Source of the DNA: Gammaproteobacteria bacterium
Lineage (GTDB): Bacteria > Pseudomonadota > Gammaproteobacteria > CAMYNG01
Length of the DNA stretch: 43,433 nucleotides
Assembly (NCBI GenBank): GCA_011051615.1
Contig: DRKU01000092.1
Location: 1-43,433, forward strand
Reading direction: 5' to 3'
The notes under the pieces were generated by a model. The model ran no database searches and was not told where the DNA came from. It was given only the letters and a program-made list of their open reading frames with translations. The translations under genes and the position numbers were made by a program. Positions 20,961 to 29,178 of this stretch are shown here, in pieces. Numbering within the stretch: the first letter of the stretch is position 1; each line of letters begins with the position of its first letter.

Positions 20961-21620
20961 ATGAGACAGGTATTCGTTCTAGTGGCCATGCTGGCCATGT
21001 ATACCACTGCTGTTCAGGCCGACCAGTATCATACCTATCGGATTACCGTGACCAATGCCACAGCGCAACACGTGATCACGCCACCGCTGGCAGCCGTGCA
21101 TCGTGCCGGCGTACACCTCTTTGCACTGGGGCAGCCTGCCAGCGAGGGACTTGCCATTCAGGCCGAGACGGGGGATAACCAGCCGCTCTACCAGGAGCTC
21201 AGTGTTGCCGATGGCGTCTTCGATGTCGTTGCCACGGGGAGTCCCGTGGTCTATGGCCAGAGCCTGAGTTTCGAGATCCGTGCACCGAAACATGCGCGTA
21301 TCAGTGTCACCGGTATGCTGGCGACCACCAATGACGCCTTCATGGGCCTCGATGGTGTACGCCTGCCGCGTCATAGTGCCAGTTACCTGGTATATGCCTG
21401 GGATGCCGGCTCCGAACTCAACAACGAGTTGTGCGCGTATATTCCCGGGCCGCCCTGTTCGCCCACCTCGGGCAATGCCCGCACCGCCACCGGTGAGGGT
21501 TTCGTCACCATCCACAAGGGTGTCCATGGCGTAGGTGATCTCGATGCCGTGGCGCTGGACTGGCGTGGACCCGTGGCGCGCGTCACGATCACGCGAATTC
21601 GCAAGGGTGATGACGACTAG
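20961..21620 (+). CDS. Secreted spondin_N domain protein
   Basis: SD gggagaag lies before ATG 20961. Signal peptide MRQVFVLVAMLAMYTTAVQA. YRITVTNATAQHVITPPLAAVHRAGVHLFALGQPASEGLAIQAETGDN... fits the bacterial spondin N-terminal domain pattern. It starts 59 nt downstream of the kinase gene. Confidence 0.65.
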   Translation: MRQVFVLVAMLAMYTTAVQADQYHTYRITVTNATAQHVITPPLAAVHRAGVHLFALGQPASEGLAIQAETGDNQPLYQELSVADGVFDVVATGSPVVYGQSLSFEIRAPKHARISVTGMLATTNDAFMGLDGVRLPRHSASYLVYAWDAGSELNNELCAYIPGPPCSPTSGNARTATGEGFVTIHKGVHGVGDLDAVALDWRGPVARVTITRIRKGDDD

Positions 21621-21674
21621 CCGCCTGGCACGGTTCGCCCGTGTGGTATACGGGTGAGAAGACTTCAGGCAAGT

Positions 21675-21704
21675 AAAAGCCCCGCACGCTGGTGCGGGGC
21701 TTTT
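21675..21704. terminator. Bidirectional rho-independent terminator between the spondin_N gene and cspA
   Basis: aaaa-gccccgcac-gctg-gtgcggggc-tttt: a 9-bp GC stem flanked by an A tract and a T tract. Confidence 0.75.
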
Positions 21705-21733
21705 CCTGCATTTATGGAATCTTCCGTCGTGGT

Positions 21734-21940
21734 TCAGGTCTGTGGTGTGACCTGCGTAGCCTGCGGACCCTTGGGACCATCCTCGACACCAAAGCTCACG
21801 GCCTGGCCTTCCTGCAAGGTGCGGAAGCCTTCGCCCTGAATGGCACTGAAGTGGACGAATACGTCCTTGCTGCCATCATCCGGGGAAATGAAACCATAGC
21901 CCTTCGACTCGTTAAACCACTTAACGGTACCTGTCGCCAT
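21734..21940 (-). CDS. cspA: Cold-shock protein, CspA family
   Basis: [50 protein letters not shown] carries the RNP1/RNP2 motifs. SD AAGAGG lies upstream. Confidence 0.95.
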   Translation of the reverse strand: MATGTVKWFNESKGYGFISPDDGSKDVFVHFSAIQGEGFRTLQEGQAVSFGVEDGPKGPQATQVTPQT

Positions 21941-22312
21941 TGAGAATACCTCTTTCGTAACTATTGAAAACCAAACCGAAAATATTGCAGATCAACCAGG
22001 GTTAGAGCAGGCGGGAACCGAAAATGGTGCGACTTGCAAAACCTGAAGAACGAGCAATGTATTTGAGTTTAGTCCAAAATCCGGGGACTGTCTCGGCTTC
22101 CGGCGCAGAAAATAATGCTTGTTTATCAGTGGTTAAGCGTAACAATCCTGTGCGGGAGGGTGCTCCGCCCCTGTTTTCCACGCCCGGCGGGTGATCACCG
22201 CGCGGCTGACGCACGGCCGCTGACAGGTGCAGGCGTCTCCCGGTAAGGCTGTGGCAAGGAGGGGGTGCTGACGTCTGTGGAGACAACCGCGACGGGCGAC
22301 GGAACAGGGGAA

Positions 22313-22669
22313 CTAGAGTGGACGGCCGATGGGTCGCGTGGTTCGCTTGACCTGCAGTTTCTTTGGTCGATCGATACCGGCGCCACTGTCGATGGTATCA
22401 CCACGTTCGATGGTGAAGTGCACGTTCCCCAGTTTGACCACATCACCGGGATGAACGGTGTGCTTTTTTACTCGCTTGCCGTTGACCATGGTGCCGTTGG
22501 TGCTGCCCAGGTCTTCGATATAAGAGGCATTGAAATAGGTCACGATGCGGGCGTGATGTGAACTGACGGTCTTGTCCGCCACGCGTGTATCATTGTCCTT
22601 TGCCCGGCCAATGGTCAGGGTGCCGGGTTTGAGCTTGATCTGCGGTAGTGATTTTTCTTCGCTACTCAT
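22313..22669 (-). CDS. Stand-alone FHA domain protein (118 aa)
   Basis: LTIGRAKDNDTRVADKTVSSHHARI...YIEDLGSTNGTMVNGKRV is a canonical FHA signature (GR...SxxH...STNGT). Confidence 0.8.
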   Translation of the reverse strand: MSSEEKSLPQIKLKPGTLTIGRAKDNDTRVADKTVSSHHARIVTYFNASYIEDLGSTNGTMVNGKRVKKHTVHPGDVVKLGNVHFTIERGDTIDSGAGIDRPKKLQVKRTTRPIGRPL

Positions 22670-22965
22670 ACTGTCAATCCTGATAGGTTAACGCCGTCAT
22701 CCATGATTAAGAGGGTCGAACGTGGGAACAGCGGTGCTGATTTCCACAAGGCATACTGGGAATTGGCCGCGGTTCTATACGGATACCGGGGGGGAGGTAT
22801 CGCGCAGCCTGTGCCTCTGGACACAGTAGAACCGATCCAGGGGTTGCGATCAATAATACCTCGGCGTGAGCCACGAGATGGGAACTAGTGCGGAACGATT
22901 AGTGCGGGACGGGGTGATGAATAAAATTTCATTTTTATCAGTTTATTGCGCTACCTGCCGGTGCG

Positions 22966-23757
22966 GTGTCGATGTTGCCGGCCATCGCCTGGTGCCGGGC
23001 TGGAACCGCTGACGTGTCCGCCGCCCCCCGCCCCTTTTTCGTTCTGCTACCAGGGCTCGATGGTAGCGGCCACCTGTTTGCCCCGTTCATGGAAGCCTGG
23101 CGCGCCCTTTCCCATCGAACAGAGAATGGTTGCGTGGTTGTCAGCCTGCCTCGGGATCGGCATATCCCGTATGCCGAGTTACCGGCCCATGTACTTGCGG
23201 GTCTGCCCGCGGCGGCGCGCAAGGGGCCGGTGGTGGTGCTGGGTGAATCCTGTTGCGGTCCGCTGGCGCTGCGGCTGGCGGCGCAGTGCGAGCTGGATGT
23301 GCGCGCGGTGGTGATGGTGGCCAGCTTCGCCCGTTATCCACGCAACATGTTGCGACTGCTGGCCAGCCTGTCGCCCCTGTCCTGGTTGTTGCGCCTGCCC
23401 TTGCCGTCCGGTCTGTTGCGCCATTATTGCTTCGGCGACGCTGCCGGCGCCTCCCTGTTGCAACAGTTGCGTGAGGCGGTGGCGGCCAATGTGCCGCGCG
23501 TGATGGCGCAACGTCTACGTGATGCACTGCGCATCGATGTGCGCCCCGAGCTGGAAAAGATCACCGTGCCGGTTCTGTATCTCCGCCCCGAAGATGACCG
23601 GCTGGTGCCGGCCTCGGCACTGGCGCCGTTACGGGCAGGCCTGCGTGATCTGCAGATCGTCACACTGGCCGGGCCACACTTCATCCTGCAGACCCGGCCA
23701 CGGGAGTGTGCACGCGTGATAGACGACCTGTTCAGACGCCTGCCACGGACTCAGTAG
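22966..23757 (+). CDS. Alpha/beta hydrolase fold protein
   Basis: FFVLLPGLDGSGHLF, nucleophile-elbow-like VVVLGESCCGPLA, and a C-terminal HFILQTRP (His region). Start is GTG 22966 or ATG 22972. Confidence 0.65.
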   Translation: MSMLPAIAWCRAGTADVSAAPRPFFVLLPGLDGSGHLFAPFMEAWRALSHRTENGCVVVSLPRDRHIPYAELPAHVLAGLPAAARKGPVVVLGESCCGPLALRLAAQCELDVRAVVMVASFARYPRNMLRLLASLSPLSWLLRLPLPSGLLRHYCFGDAAGASLLQQLREAVAANVPRVMAQRLRDALRIDVRPELEKITVPVLYLRPEDDRLVPASALAPLRAGLRDLQIVTLAGPHFILQTRPRECARVIDDLFRRLPRTQ

Positions 23758-24209
23758 AGTTCCAGTGAACCGCAGGCGACACGCAGTCCTTCGTCGAAAC
23801 CGCCGCCGTCCGTGCGTTGCAGCACCAGTGTGCGCCGACTGAGATCCGCGACCTTCATCTTCGGCAGGAATACGGGCTCGAGCATTTCACCGAAACGATC
23901 CGCCCTGACGATGGAAACCGGGACGTAGATGCCGCCGGCGGCCATGCCCATGACGGTGCTGCCATCGGGATTGTACTGACTGCCACAGGCAAAGCCGGTA
24001 TGCACGTTGAGCTCATAGTTGCCCGGTGGCAGGCCGCGCAGGTGGGGTGTGAACTCGATACCGCGTGGCGTGTCGCGTGCGACAATGACACCGATGGTGT
24101 TGTCCAGGCCGTCGGGCTTGAGTTTGAAGACGGTAATACTGACTTCACGTGCCTGTAAGGTGAACGCGGTCAATAGCAGTGCGATGAAGAGGAGTAAACG
24201 GGTTTTCAT
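23751..24209 (-). CDS. Periplasmic Cu,Zn-superoxide-dismutase-like protein lacking most metal ligands
   Basis: SD GGAGG lies before ATG 24209. Signal peptide MKTRLLLFIALLLTAFTLQA. GIEFTPHLRGLPPGNYELNVHTGFACGS...AAGGIY...GGGFDEGLRVACGSLE aligns to SodC (GLEFSPDLKALPPGEHGFHIHAKGSC...AGGH...GGGGERYACGVI). The ORF-track start at 24590 is an extension. Confidence 0.65.
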   Translation of the reverse strand: MKTRLLLFIALLLTAFTLQAREVSITVFKLKPDGLDNTIGVIVARDTPRGIEFTPHLRGLPPGNYELNVHTGFACGSQYNPDGSTVMGMAAGGIYVPVSIVRADRFGEMLEPVFLPKMKVADLSRRTLVLQRTDGGGFDEGLRVACGSLELY

Positions 24210-24646
24210 GTGACACCTCCTGCGCAGGGCGCAGTGACAGGGGCCGGCAAGGCGACCCCGGGGACACGAACATGAACGGTGCGGCGATGCGATGTGCGAG
24301 ATACTGGTGGCAACAGGGTATCGCCGGCACGTGGCCAGCTTGCAGGCTGCGCCAGGGCAACCGAGCAGGAGAAGGCGGGAGATCCGGCGCCCGGTTACCG
24401 CGGGATGTTCGAAGCTGTAGTGAGTCTTGTTCACGCCCGCGGTGCTGTCAAGGCAAGTGGGTATGCTTTTTGCCGATCCATAAAAACAACTTGTGATCAG
24501 GCTGTGGCCATCAGTTTCACTGATTAGCCCCGTGCCGGTGACGAGGCAAAACCCCTGAAACCGACAGGGTAAATTCTGCCGTTGCCGCACGGATCACGGG
24601 GGCGCGAGTGGGTTATAGTAAGCCTGTTGAGGGGAGAAAATTTCCT

Positions 24647-25123
24647 ATGAAAAGTATCGTTGCAGGGTTGGTTGTCTGGCTGGTGAGTGTGCCCGTGGCT
24701 TTCGCACAGTCTCCGGTGTCGGAATCGGCACCACGGTCGGAGGCGGTACCCGAAATTACCGTCTACAAGAGCCCCACCTGCGGCTGTTGCAAGAAGTGGA
24801 TCTCACATCTCAGGCAGAATGGTTTTCATGTCGTGGCACAGGATGTCATCAGCATGGGGCCGGTAAAGCAGAAATATGCCGTGCCACAGATGTTGCGCTC
24901 ATGTCATACCGCGGTGGTAAATGGCTACGTCATCGAAGGTCATGTGCCGGCGGCGGACATCAGGCGCCTGCTGAAATCGCGCCCCCCGCTGTGGGGCCTC
25001 GCCGTGCCGGGCATGCCCATCGGTTCGCCGGGCATGGAGCAGGGTAACCAGCGCCAGCCCTATGGTGTTCTCAGCGTGGACCGCAATGGCCAGGTGGACG
25101 TCTTTTCCCTGCACAACCAGTAG
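24647..25123 (+). CDS. DUF411 (CopG-like) periplasmic metal-binding protein
   Basis: SD ggggag lies before ATG 24647, followed by a signal peptide. Motifs: VYKSPTCGCCKKWISHL...SCHTAVVNGYVIEGHVPAADIRRLL...GLAVPGMPIGSPGME. Confidence 0.8.
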   Translation: MKSIVAGLVVWLVSVPVAFAQSPVSESAPRSEAVPEITVYKSPTCGCCKKWISHLRQNGFHVVAQDVISMGPVKQKYAVPQMLRSCHTAVVNGYVIEGHVPAADIRRLLKSRPPLWGLAVPGMPIGSPGMEQGNQRQPYGVLSVDRNGQVDVFSLHNQ

Positions 25124-25133
25124 TCCGACTTTT

Positions 25134-25766
25134 ATGTTGTTACCCGTTGTTCCCCGCTTACGATACCGTGCCGGCGCATGCGGTGGGCTGCTGGCTCTGC
25201 TCCTGCTGTCATTTCCCGCATGGGGCATGGAAGCCCATCAGGGGATCGATCCCCAGGCCGGCCTGCCGTCCTGGACGATTCACGACGCGGGAATGTCCCT
25301 GCGGCTGGTTCAGCGCCTGCCCGATCAGACACGCGGGTTTCTCATGGCGCGAGGGTTTACCGCCGCCCAGGCGGAGCGGGTGGCGGTGAGTTGCGTCTTT
25401 CAGACCGACTTTCGTAATATCGCCAGTGACGATGCGCCGCTCTCCTACGATCTTCATGACTGGATCGTGCACTTCCAGGGCGAACAGCGGCAGATGAAAC
25501 TGCGTGAGGAATGGGTGCAGGAATGGCAGCGCCTCGATGTACCGCCCGCCACCCGTACCGCCTTCGAGTGGGGCATGTATCCCACGGCACAGACCTACCA
25601 GCCCGGTGACTACAACTGGGGGATCTCGGTTTTCAATCTGCCACCCGGGGCGCGTTTCGATCTCGAAGTGGTGTGGCGACAGTTCGGCAGGATACATCGC
25701 TATACCATGCGTGATATTCAATGTGCTCCCGACATTCACCCCGACCCGGCGGCTGCGGGTGAATGA
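25134..25766 (+). CDS. Secreted hypothetical protein (210 aa)
   Basis: ATG 25134 is 10 nt after the DUF411 stop. Signal-like N-terminus ...GGLLALLLLSFPAWG. The stop overlaps the next start (ATGA at 25763-25766). No recognisable domain. Confidence 0.5.
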   Translation: MLLPVVPRLRYRAGACGGLLALLLLSFPAWGMEAHQGIDPQAGLPSWTIHDAGMSLRLVQRLPDQTRGFLMARGFTAAQAERVAVSCVFQTDFRNIASDDAPLSYDLHDWIVHFQGEQRQMKLREEWVQEWQRLDVPPATRTAFEWGMYPTAQTYQPGDYNWGISVFNLPPGARFDLEVVWRQFGRIHRYTMRDIQCAPDIHPDPAAAGE

Positions 25767-26365
25767 ACATGCGTAGACTGATTATGAGGCAACGGCGTGT
25801 GCTGATCCGGCTCGTGTGTATGTTTGCCCTGATGTCACCCATGCCCGGTCTGCTTGCCGGTCCGTTGATGGCGCCGATAAAGGAACCGTTTGCTGCACCG
25901 GACTTCGTATTGACCGGGGAGGATGGCAGGACCTATCGCCTGTCCGATTATCGCGGCAAGGTGGTCGTGCTGAATTTCTGGGCCACCTGGTGCCCACCTT
26001 GCCGCTTCGAAATGCCTGCCATGGAGCGGGCATGGAAGAAACTCAGGGGTTCGGGTGTGGTCATTCTCGCCATAAACGTTGGCGAAGATGAAGACGCCAT
26101 CTTCGAATTCTTCGGTAATACACCCGTGACCTTTCCCATCCCCATGGATCGCAGGGGCGAGGTGGTCAAGGCGTTTCACGTTACCGGCCTGCCCACCACC
26201 TACCTCGTGGACCCCGCGGGTATCGTGACCCACCGTGCCATGGGCACGCGCGAATGGGATGACGCGGCCATGCTTGCGTGGTTGCGTGGTCGGTTGAAAG
26301 TGCACCCAATGCAGGATGGCAGGCCGCATACCGCCATTCATATACCCTTAGCGGAATATCAGTAG
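25763..26365 (+). CDS. TlpA/ResA-like periplasmic thiol:disulfide oxidoreductase (redoxin)
   Basis: Membrane anchor or signal, then [22 protein letters not shown] (CxxC thioredoxin fold) and ...[10 protein letters not shown]. Confidence 0.85.
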   Translation: MNMRRLIMRQRRVLIRLVCMFALMSPMPGLLAGPLMAPIKEPFAAPDFVLTGEDGRTYRLSDYRGKVVVLNFWATWCPPCRFEMPAMERAWKKLRGSGVVILAINVGEDEDAIFEFFGNTPVTFPIPMDRRGEVVKAFHVTGLPTTYLVDPAGIVTHRAMGTREWDDAAMLAWLRGRLKVHPMQDGRPHTAIHIPLAEYQ

Positions 26366-26881
26366 ATCTCCCAGCGTCTTGCGGATCTGGCTGGCCGTGA
26401 GGTGCTCGGGGGAAAGGGTCGGGTCCTCCCAGTGCGCGCAGACCAGGCGTTCCACATCCGGTGCCTGGTCCGACTGAAGGTAGAACGTGGTGATGTAGTC
26501 GTCGGCGGTGGCACTGCCCGCCAGTTGCGGGCCGAGCGCGGCGTAGCGTAGCGGTCTGGCCCTGACGTCTTCGATCTCGCGCTGGATATCGATGACCCGG
26601 AAGGTGGCGGGAGGTAGCACATGGGGCACCGGCCTGAGGGTCTTCAGGATCAGGCGACACCAGGCGTAATAGTTGTCCTGCAGGCCGGGTTCTACCACGC
26701 GGCCATTCTGAATGTAGACCGAGGCATTGCCGGCAGGCACGGTGACCGGTCGGGCAAGTTCCAGTTGCATTCCAGCCCGGATGGGCGCGTCGCCGTCACC
26801 GGCAACCACTACCGGTCCGGTGGTGCAGGCCGTGATGAGCAGGCTCAGCAGGGTAATGGAGATGGCCTTGTACATGGGCAT
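26348..26881 (-). CDS. Hypothetical lipoprotein
   Basis: MPMYKAISITLLSLLITAC-TTG (lipobox LITAC). Overlaps the tlpA-like 3' end by 18 nt, tail to tail. No recognisable domain. Confidence 0.55.
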   Translation of the reverse strand: MPMYKAISITLLSLLITACTTGPVVVAGDGDAPIRAGMQLELARPVTVPAGNASVYIQNGRVVEPGLQDNYYAWCRLILKTLRPVPHVLPPATFRVIDIQREIEDVRARPLRYAALGPQLAGSATADDYITTFYLQSDQAPDVERLVCAHWEDPTLSPEHLTASQIRKTLGDLLIFR

Positions 26882-27000
26882 GTCCTCGACTCAGCAGGTT
26901 CTACGAATTTTCCACCGGCGACCGTGCGTGGTTTTCCTGTCGCCGTTCCGGCGGGGAGCGGCTAGAATTGCCTCAGACAGATCATACAGGAGAAGGACGC

Positions 27001-27282
27001 ATGGCTACGGCACGGGCACGGCATATTCTGGTCAAAACCGCACAACAGTGCGAGCAACTCAAGGCGGAGATCGAGGCGGGGGCCGATTTCGGAGAAATGG
27101 CAAAACAGCACTCCGACTGTCCTTCTGGTGAGAGTGGCGGCGATCTGGGGGAGTTCTCCCAGGGCATGATGGTGCCGGAATTCGACGAGGTGGTCTTCAA
27201 CGCCGCTCTCAATACCGTGCAGGGCCCGGTACAGACCCAGTTTGGCTTTCACCTTATCGAGATCATCAGCCGCAGTGACTGA
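27001..27282 (+). CDS. ppiC: Parvulin-type peptidyl-prolyl cis-trans isomerase C
   Basis: SD aggagaagg lies before ATG 27001. MATARARHILVKTAQQCEQLKAEIEAGADFGEMAKQHSDCPSGESGGDLGEFSQGMMVPEFDEVVF...GFHLIEI. 93 aa. Confidence 0.9.
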   Translation: MATARARHILVKTAQQCEQLKAEIEAGADFGEMAKQHSDCPSGESGGDLGEFSQGMMVPEFDEVVFNAALNTVQGPVQTQFGFHLIEIISRSD

Positions 27283-27291
27283 GTGACCCAC

Positions 27292-28230
27292 TCAGGTGCC
27301 GAGCCGTTGCACAATGAGATAGAGCGCGACGGGAGCGGCGACGACGAAACCCGCCAGGCACAGGGCGGCCCAGGTTCTCAGTCTGCGCGCCAGCGCATGC
27401 TGGGGCGTGGTGGAGAGGATGAAGGGTCGGCGGCGCTCGGTGGGCCGGGAGAGGATGTTTATACTGTCCTCGCCGGGTTTGACATGGTGGCGGGACTTGA
27501 CGTGTTCCACCGTGGCCTGGCGCGCACGCTCCCATTCACGCGTGTCGATTTCACCATCACCATTCTTGTCGAAGTGACGTAACAGGACCTCGCGGTTCTC
27601 CTTCAGGTTCTGCAGGGCCTCGCGTATGGCGGTGGAAACACCGCGCGCGCGTGTGGCGTCCGACTCGGTGCGGAAATTTCCCAGGCAGTAGAGTGGATCA
27701 CCATCCAGCAGACGTCGCTCGGTATAGCGGTAGCGGCCGCCGCCAAGGAAGGCAACGAATACCGAGTAGTCCGTGTCTTGCGGTGCGCTGGCAGCAGACG
27801 GGTGGCGTGAATTGCCCTGCCAGGCTACCTGGCAGGAGGGTGTGATACTGGCGCCGTCAGGCAGCACCAGGCAGGTACCGGTGCCGTCATCAAGCAGGAA
27901 GGGATCGTCACTTTCATCACGCTCGATGGTGCGCCATTTGTTGTTCTTGCCGCCGACGTATTTTTCTATTTCGTATTCAAACCAGACACAGGGGCGCTGG
28001 CTCAGGGGACCGACCAGTTTTGTCCCCGGGATGGCGCGTGCCGTGCCTTCCAGTTCGACGAAGCCCTGTGCCGCCGAGCGCAGTTTGGAAGTGGGTGTAT
28101 TTTCGATCACACGCGCGCGATGGAACAGGGTTGCCATACCCCAGGCAAGGGCCACGGCGGCTGCGCTGAGTATGCCGGTCCAGATCCAGAAGTCGTCCGC
28201 ATCGGCCATGTGAATGAAATCGGTGAACAT
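27292..28230 (-). CDS. GIDE-like (E3-ligase-family PF12483-type) two-TM membrane protein with an embedded canonical EF-hand
   Basis: N-terminal TM (WIWTGILSAAAVALAWGMATLF), then ENTPTSKLRSAAQGFVELEGTA...GPLSQRPCVWFEYEIE, as in bacterial GIDE proteins (recalled). EF-hand loop DKNGDGEIDTRE at 27535-27570. C-terminal TM (WAALCLAGFVVAAPVALYLIV). Start is ATG 28230; the alternative at 28263 has no SD. Confidence 0.6.
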   Translation of the reverse strand: MFTDFIHMADADDFWIWTGILSAAAVALAWGMATLFHRARVIENTPTSKLRSAAQGFVELEGTARAIPGTKLVGPLSQRPCVWFEYEIEKYVGGKNNKWRTIERDESDDPFLLDDGTGTCLVLPDGASITPSCQVAWQGNSRHPSAASAPQDTDYSVFVAFLGGGRYRYTERRLLDGDPLYCLGNFRTESDATRARGVSTAIREALQNLKENREVLLRHFDKNGDGEIDTREWERARQATVEHVKSRHHVKPGEDSINILSRPTERRRPFILSTTPQHALARRLRTWAALCLAGFVVAAPVALYLIVQRLGT

Positions 28231-28421
28231 ACCGCTTCCCTGTGGTTGCCTGTGATCAGGCACGAGTGCGTGATTGTGTCACGGTCCGCGGGGCTTCTCC
28301 AGAGGGGCGCCCGAGAGTGATAACTGAGCCGATATTCGAGACAGCAATCTGAATAAAGGATTCCAAATCCGCGGCCAGATCGTGAGCCTCCCGGCATGGA
28401 GTGAAATGATTGACCATAGTG

Positions 28422-28527
28422 TTTTCGTGGAGAGGTGTTGGCAAGACCGTTGGCCGCAGGGACGCGGCCATCGAGCGGGCAGGGATGCCGGGGCTTGGCG
28501 TATCTTGCCAACACCTCTCCACGAAAA
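28422..28527. repeat. REP/MITE-like palindromic element, family A, copy 2 (106 bp, inverted relative to copy 1)
   Basis: Perfect 25-nt terminal inverted repeats (ttttcgtggagaggtgttggcaaga). The core is cggcatccctgcccgctcgatggccgcgtccctgcggcc on the reverse strand. It is 93/106 identical to 7629-7734. Confidence 0.8.
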
Positions 28528-28575
28528 CCTGCTTCTTGCTCATGCTGCGGGTGATCGGGAATTCGGAACTTTTAC

Positions 28576-28974
28576 TTAGTCGCAGTCTTCACTCTCGACG
28601 ATGATCCGCCCGCTCTGAGGATCGCGCAGCGGCTGGCCGTTCTCATCGGTAACGATGACGTTGGCGAAAAGAAAGGATTCCATGCGATCGAAGCCCGCGT
28701 CCATGGCCGCCTCCACGTCACGATCGGTCACTGCCACGTAGATGAAGACCTGTTGCTGGCGCTCCGCGTTGCGCTGCGCTGCCGTGGGGTGAAGGAGGCG
28801 CGCACGCTGCCAGGCCAGCTGGGCGTTTTCCAGTTCCAGTTGCTGTTCGCGGGTCAGCAGCGCTTCATCGGCACGAGCCGGCATGCTGAGGGCCAGCAGG
28901 GCGAGGGTCACTGTACCTGCCGAGAGCAGGGAGGAGAGTCGGCTTTCCACCAGTGTTCTGATCATGTTTTTCAT
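28576..28974 (-). CDS. Secreted hypothetical protein
   Basis: MKNMIRTLVESRLSSLLSAGTVTLALLALSMPARA-DE signal peptide. Candidate starts at 28986, 28974 and 28965 are unresolved. No recognisable domain. Confidence 0.45.
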   Translation of the reverse strand: MKNMIRTLVESRLSSLLSAGTVTLALLALSMPARADEALLTREQQLELENAQLAWQRARLLHPTAAQRNAERQQQVFIYVAVTDRDVEAAMDAGFDRMESFLFANVIVTDENGQPLRDPQSGRIIVESEDCD

Positions 28975-29178
28975 TTTGTTCCCCATGTTCCCCCTTTCGG
29001 GGCGGGCAGCAGGGGACTGCGCCACGGAATTTTCCACCCCTGTACAGTCATTTGCGTCCCGCGCGGGAATTTCCTCGATAACCCAAAGGTATTAAAGAGA
29101 CGGCAGGCTCACCGCCGGTAGCGTGGGGTTCCGTGACTGCAGGGCAGGCGTGCCGTGCGATGACGGCACAGTGAGTGC

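Noticed and set aside
21941-22312. ORF 22002..22286 (-) and a possible structured cspA 5' UTR
   Set aside because: The ORF has no SD and an Arg/Pro/Gly-rich composition. A long csp leader is plausible from known biology. I could not identify a promoter or cold-box sequence confidently, so I called no feature.
22313-22669. FHA protein plus kinases as a type VI secretion (Fha1/PpkA) regulatory module
   Set aside because: No T6SS structural genes (tss/hcp/vgrG) and no PppA-type phosphatase occur anywhere in the window.
24210-24590. Upstream extension of the SodC-like ORF (track entry 23751..24590)
   Set aside because: The extension is Cys/Arg-rich with no signal logic. A strong SD and a signal peptide begin at ATG 24209.
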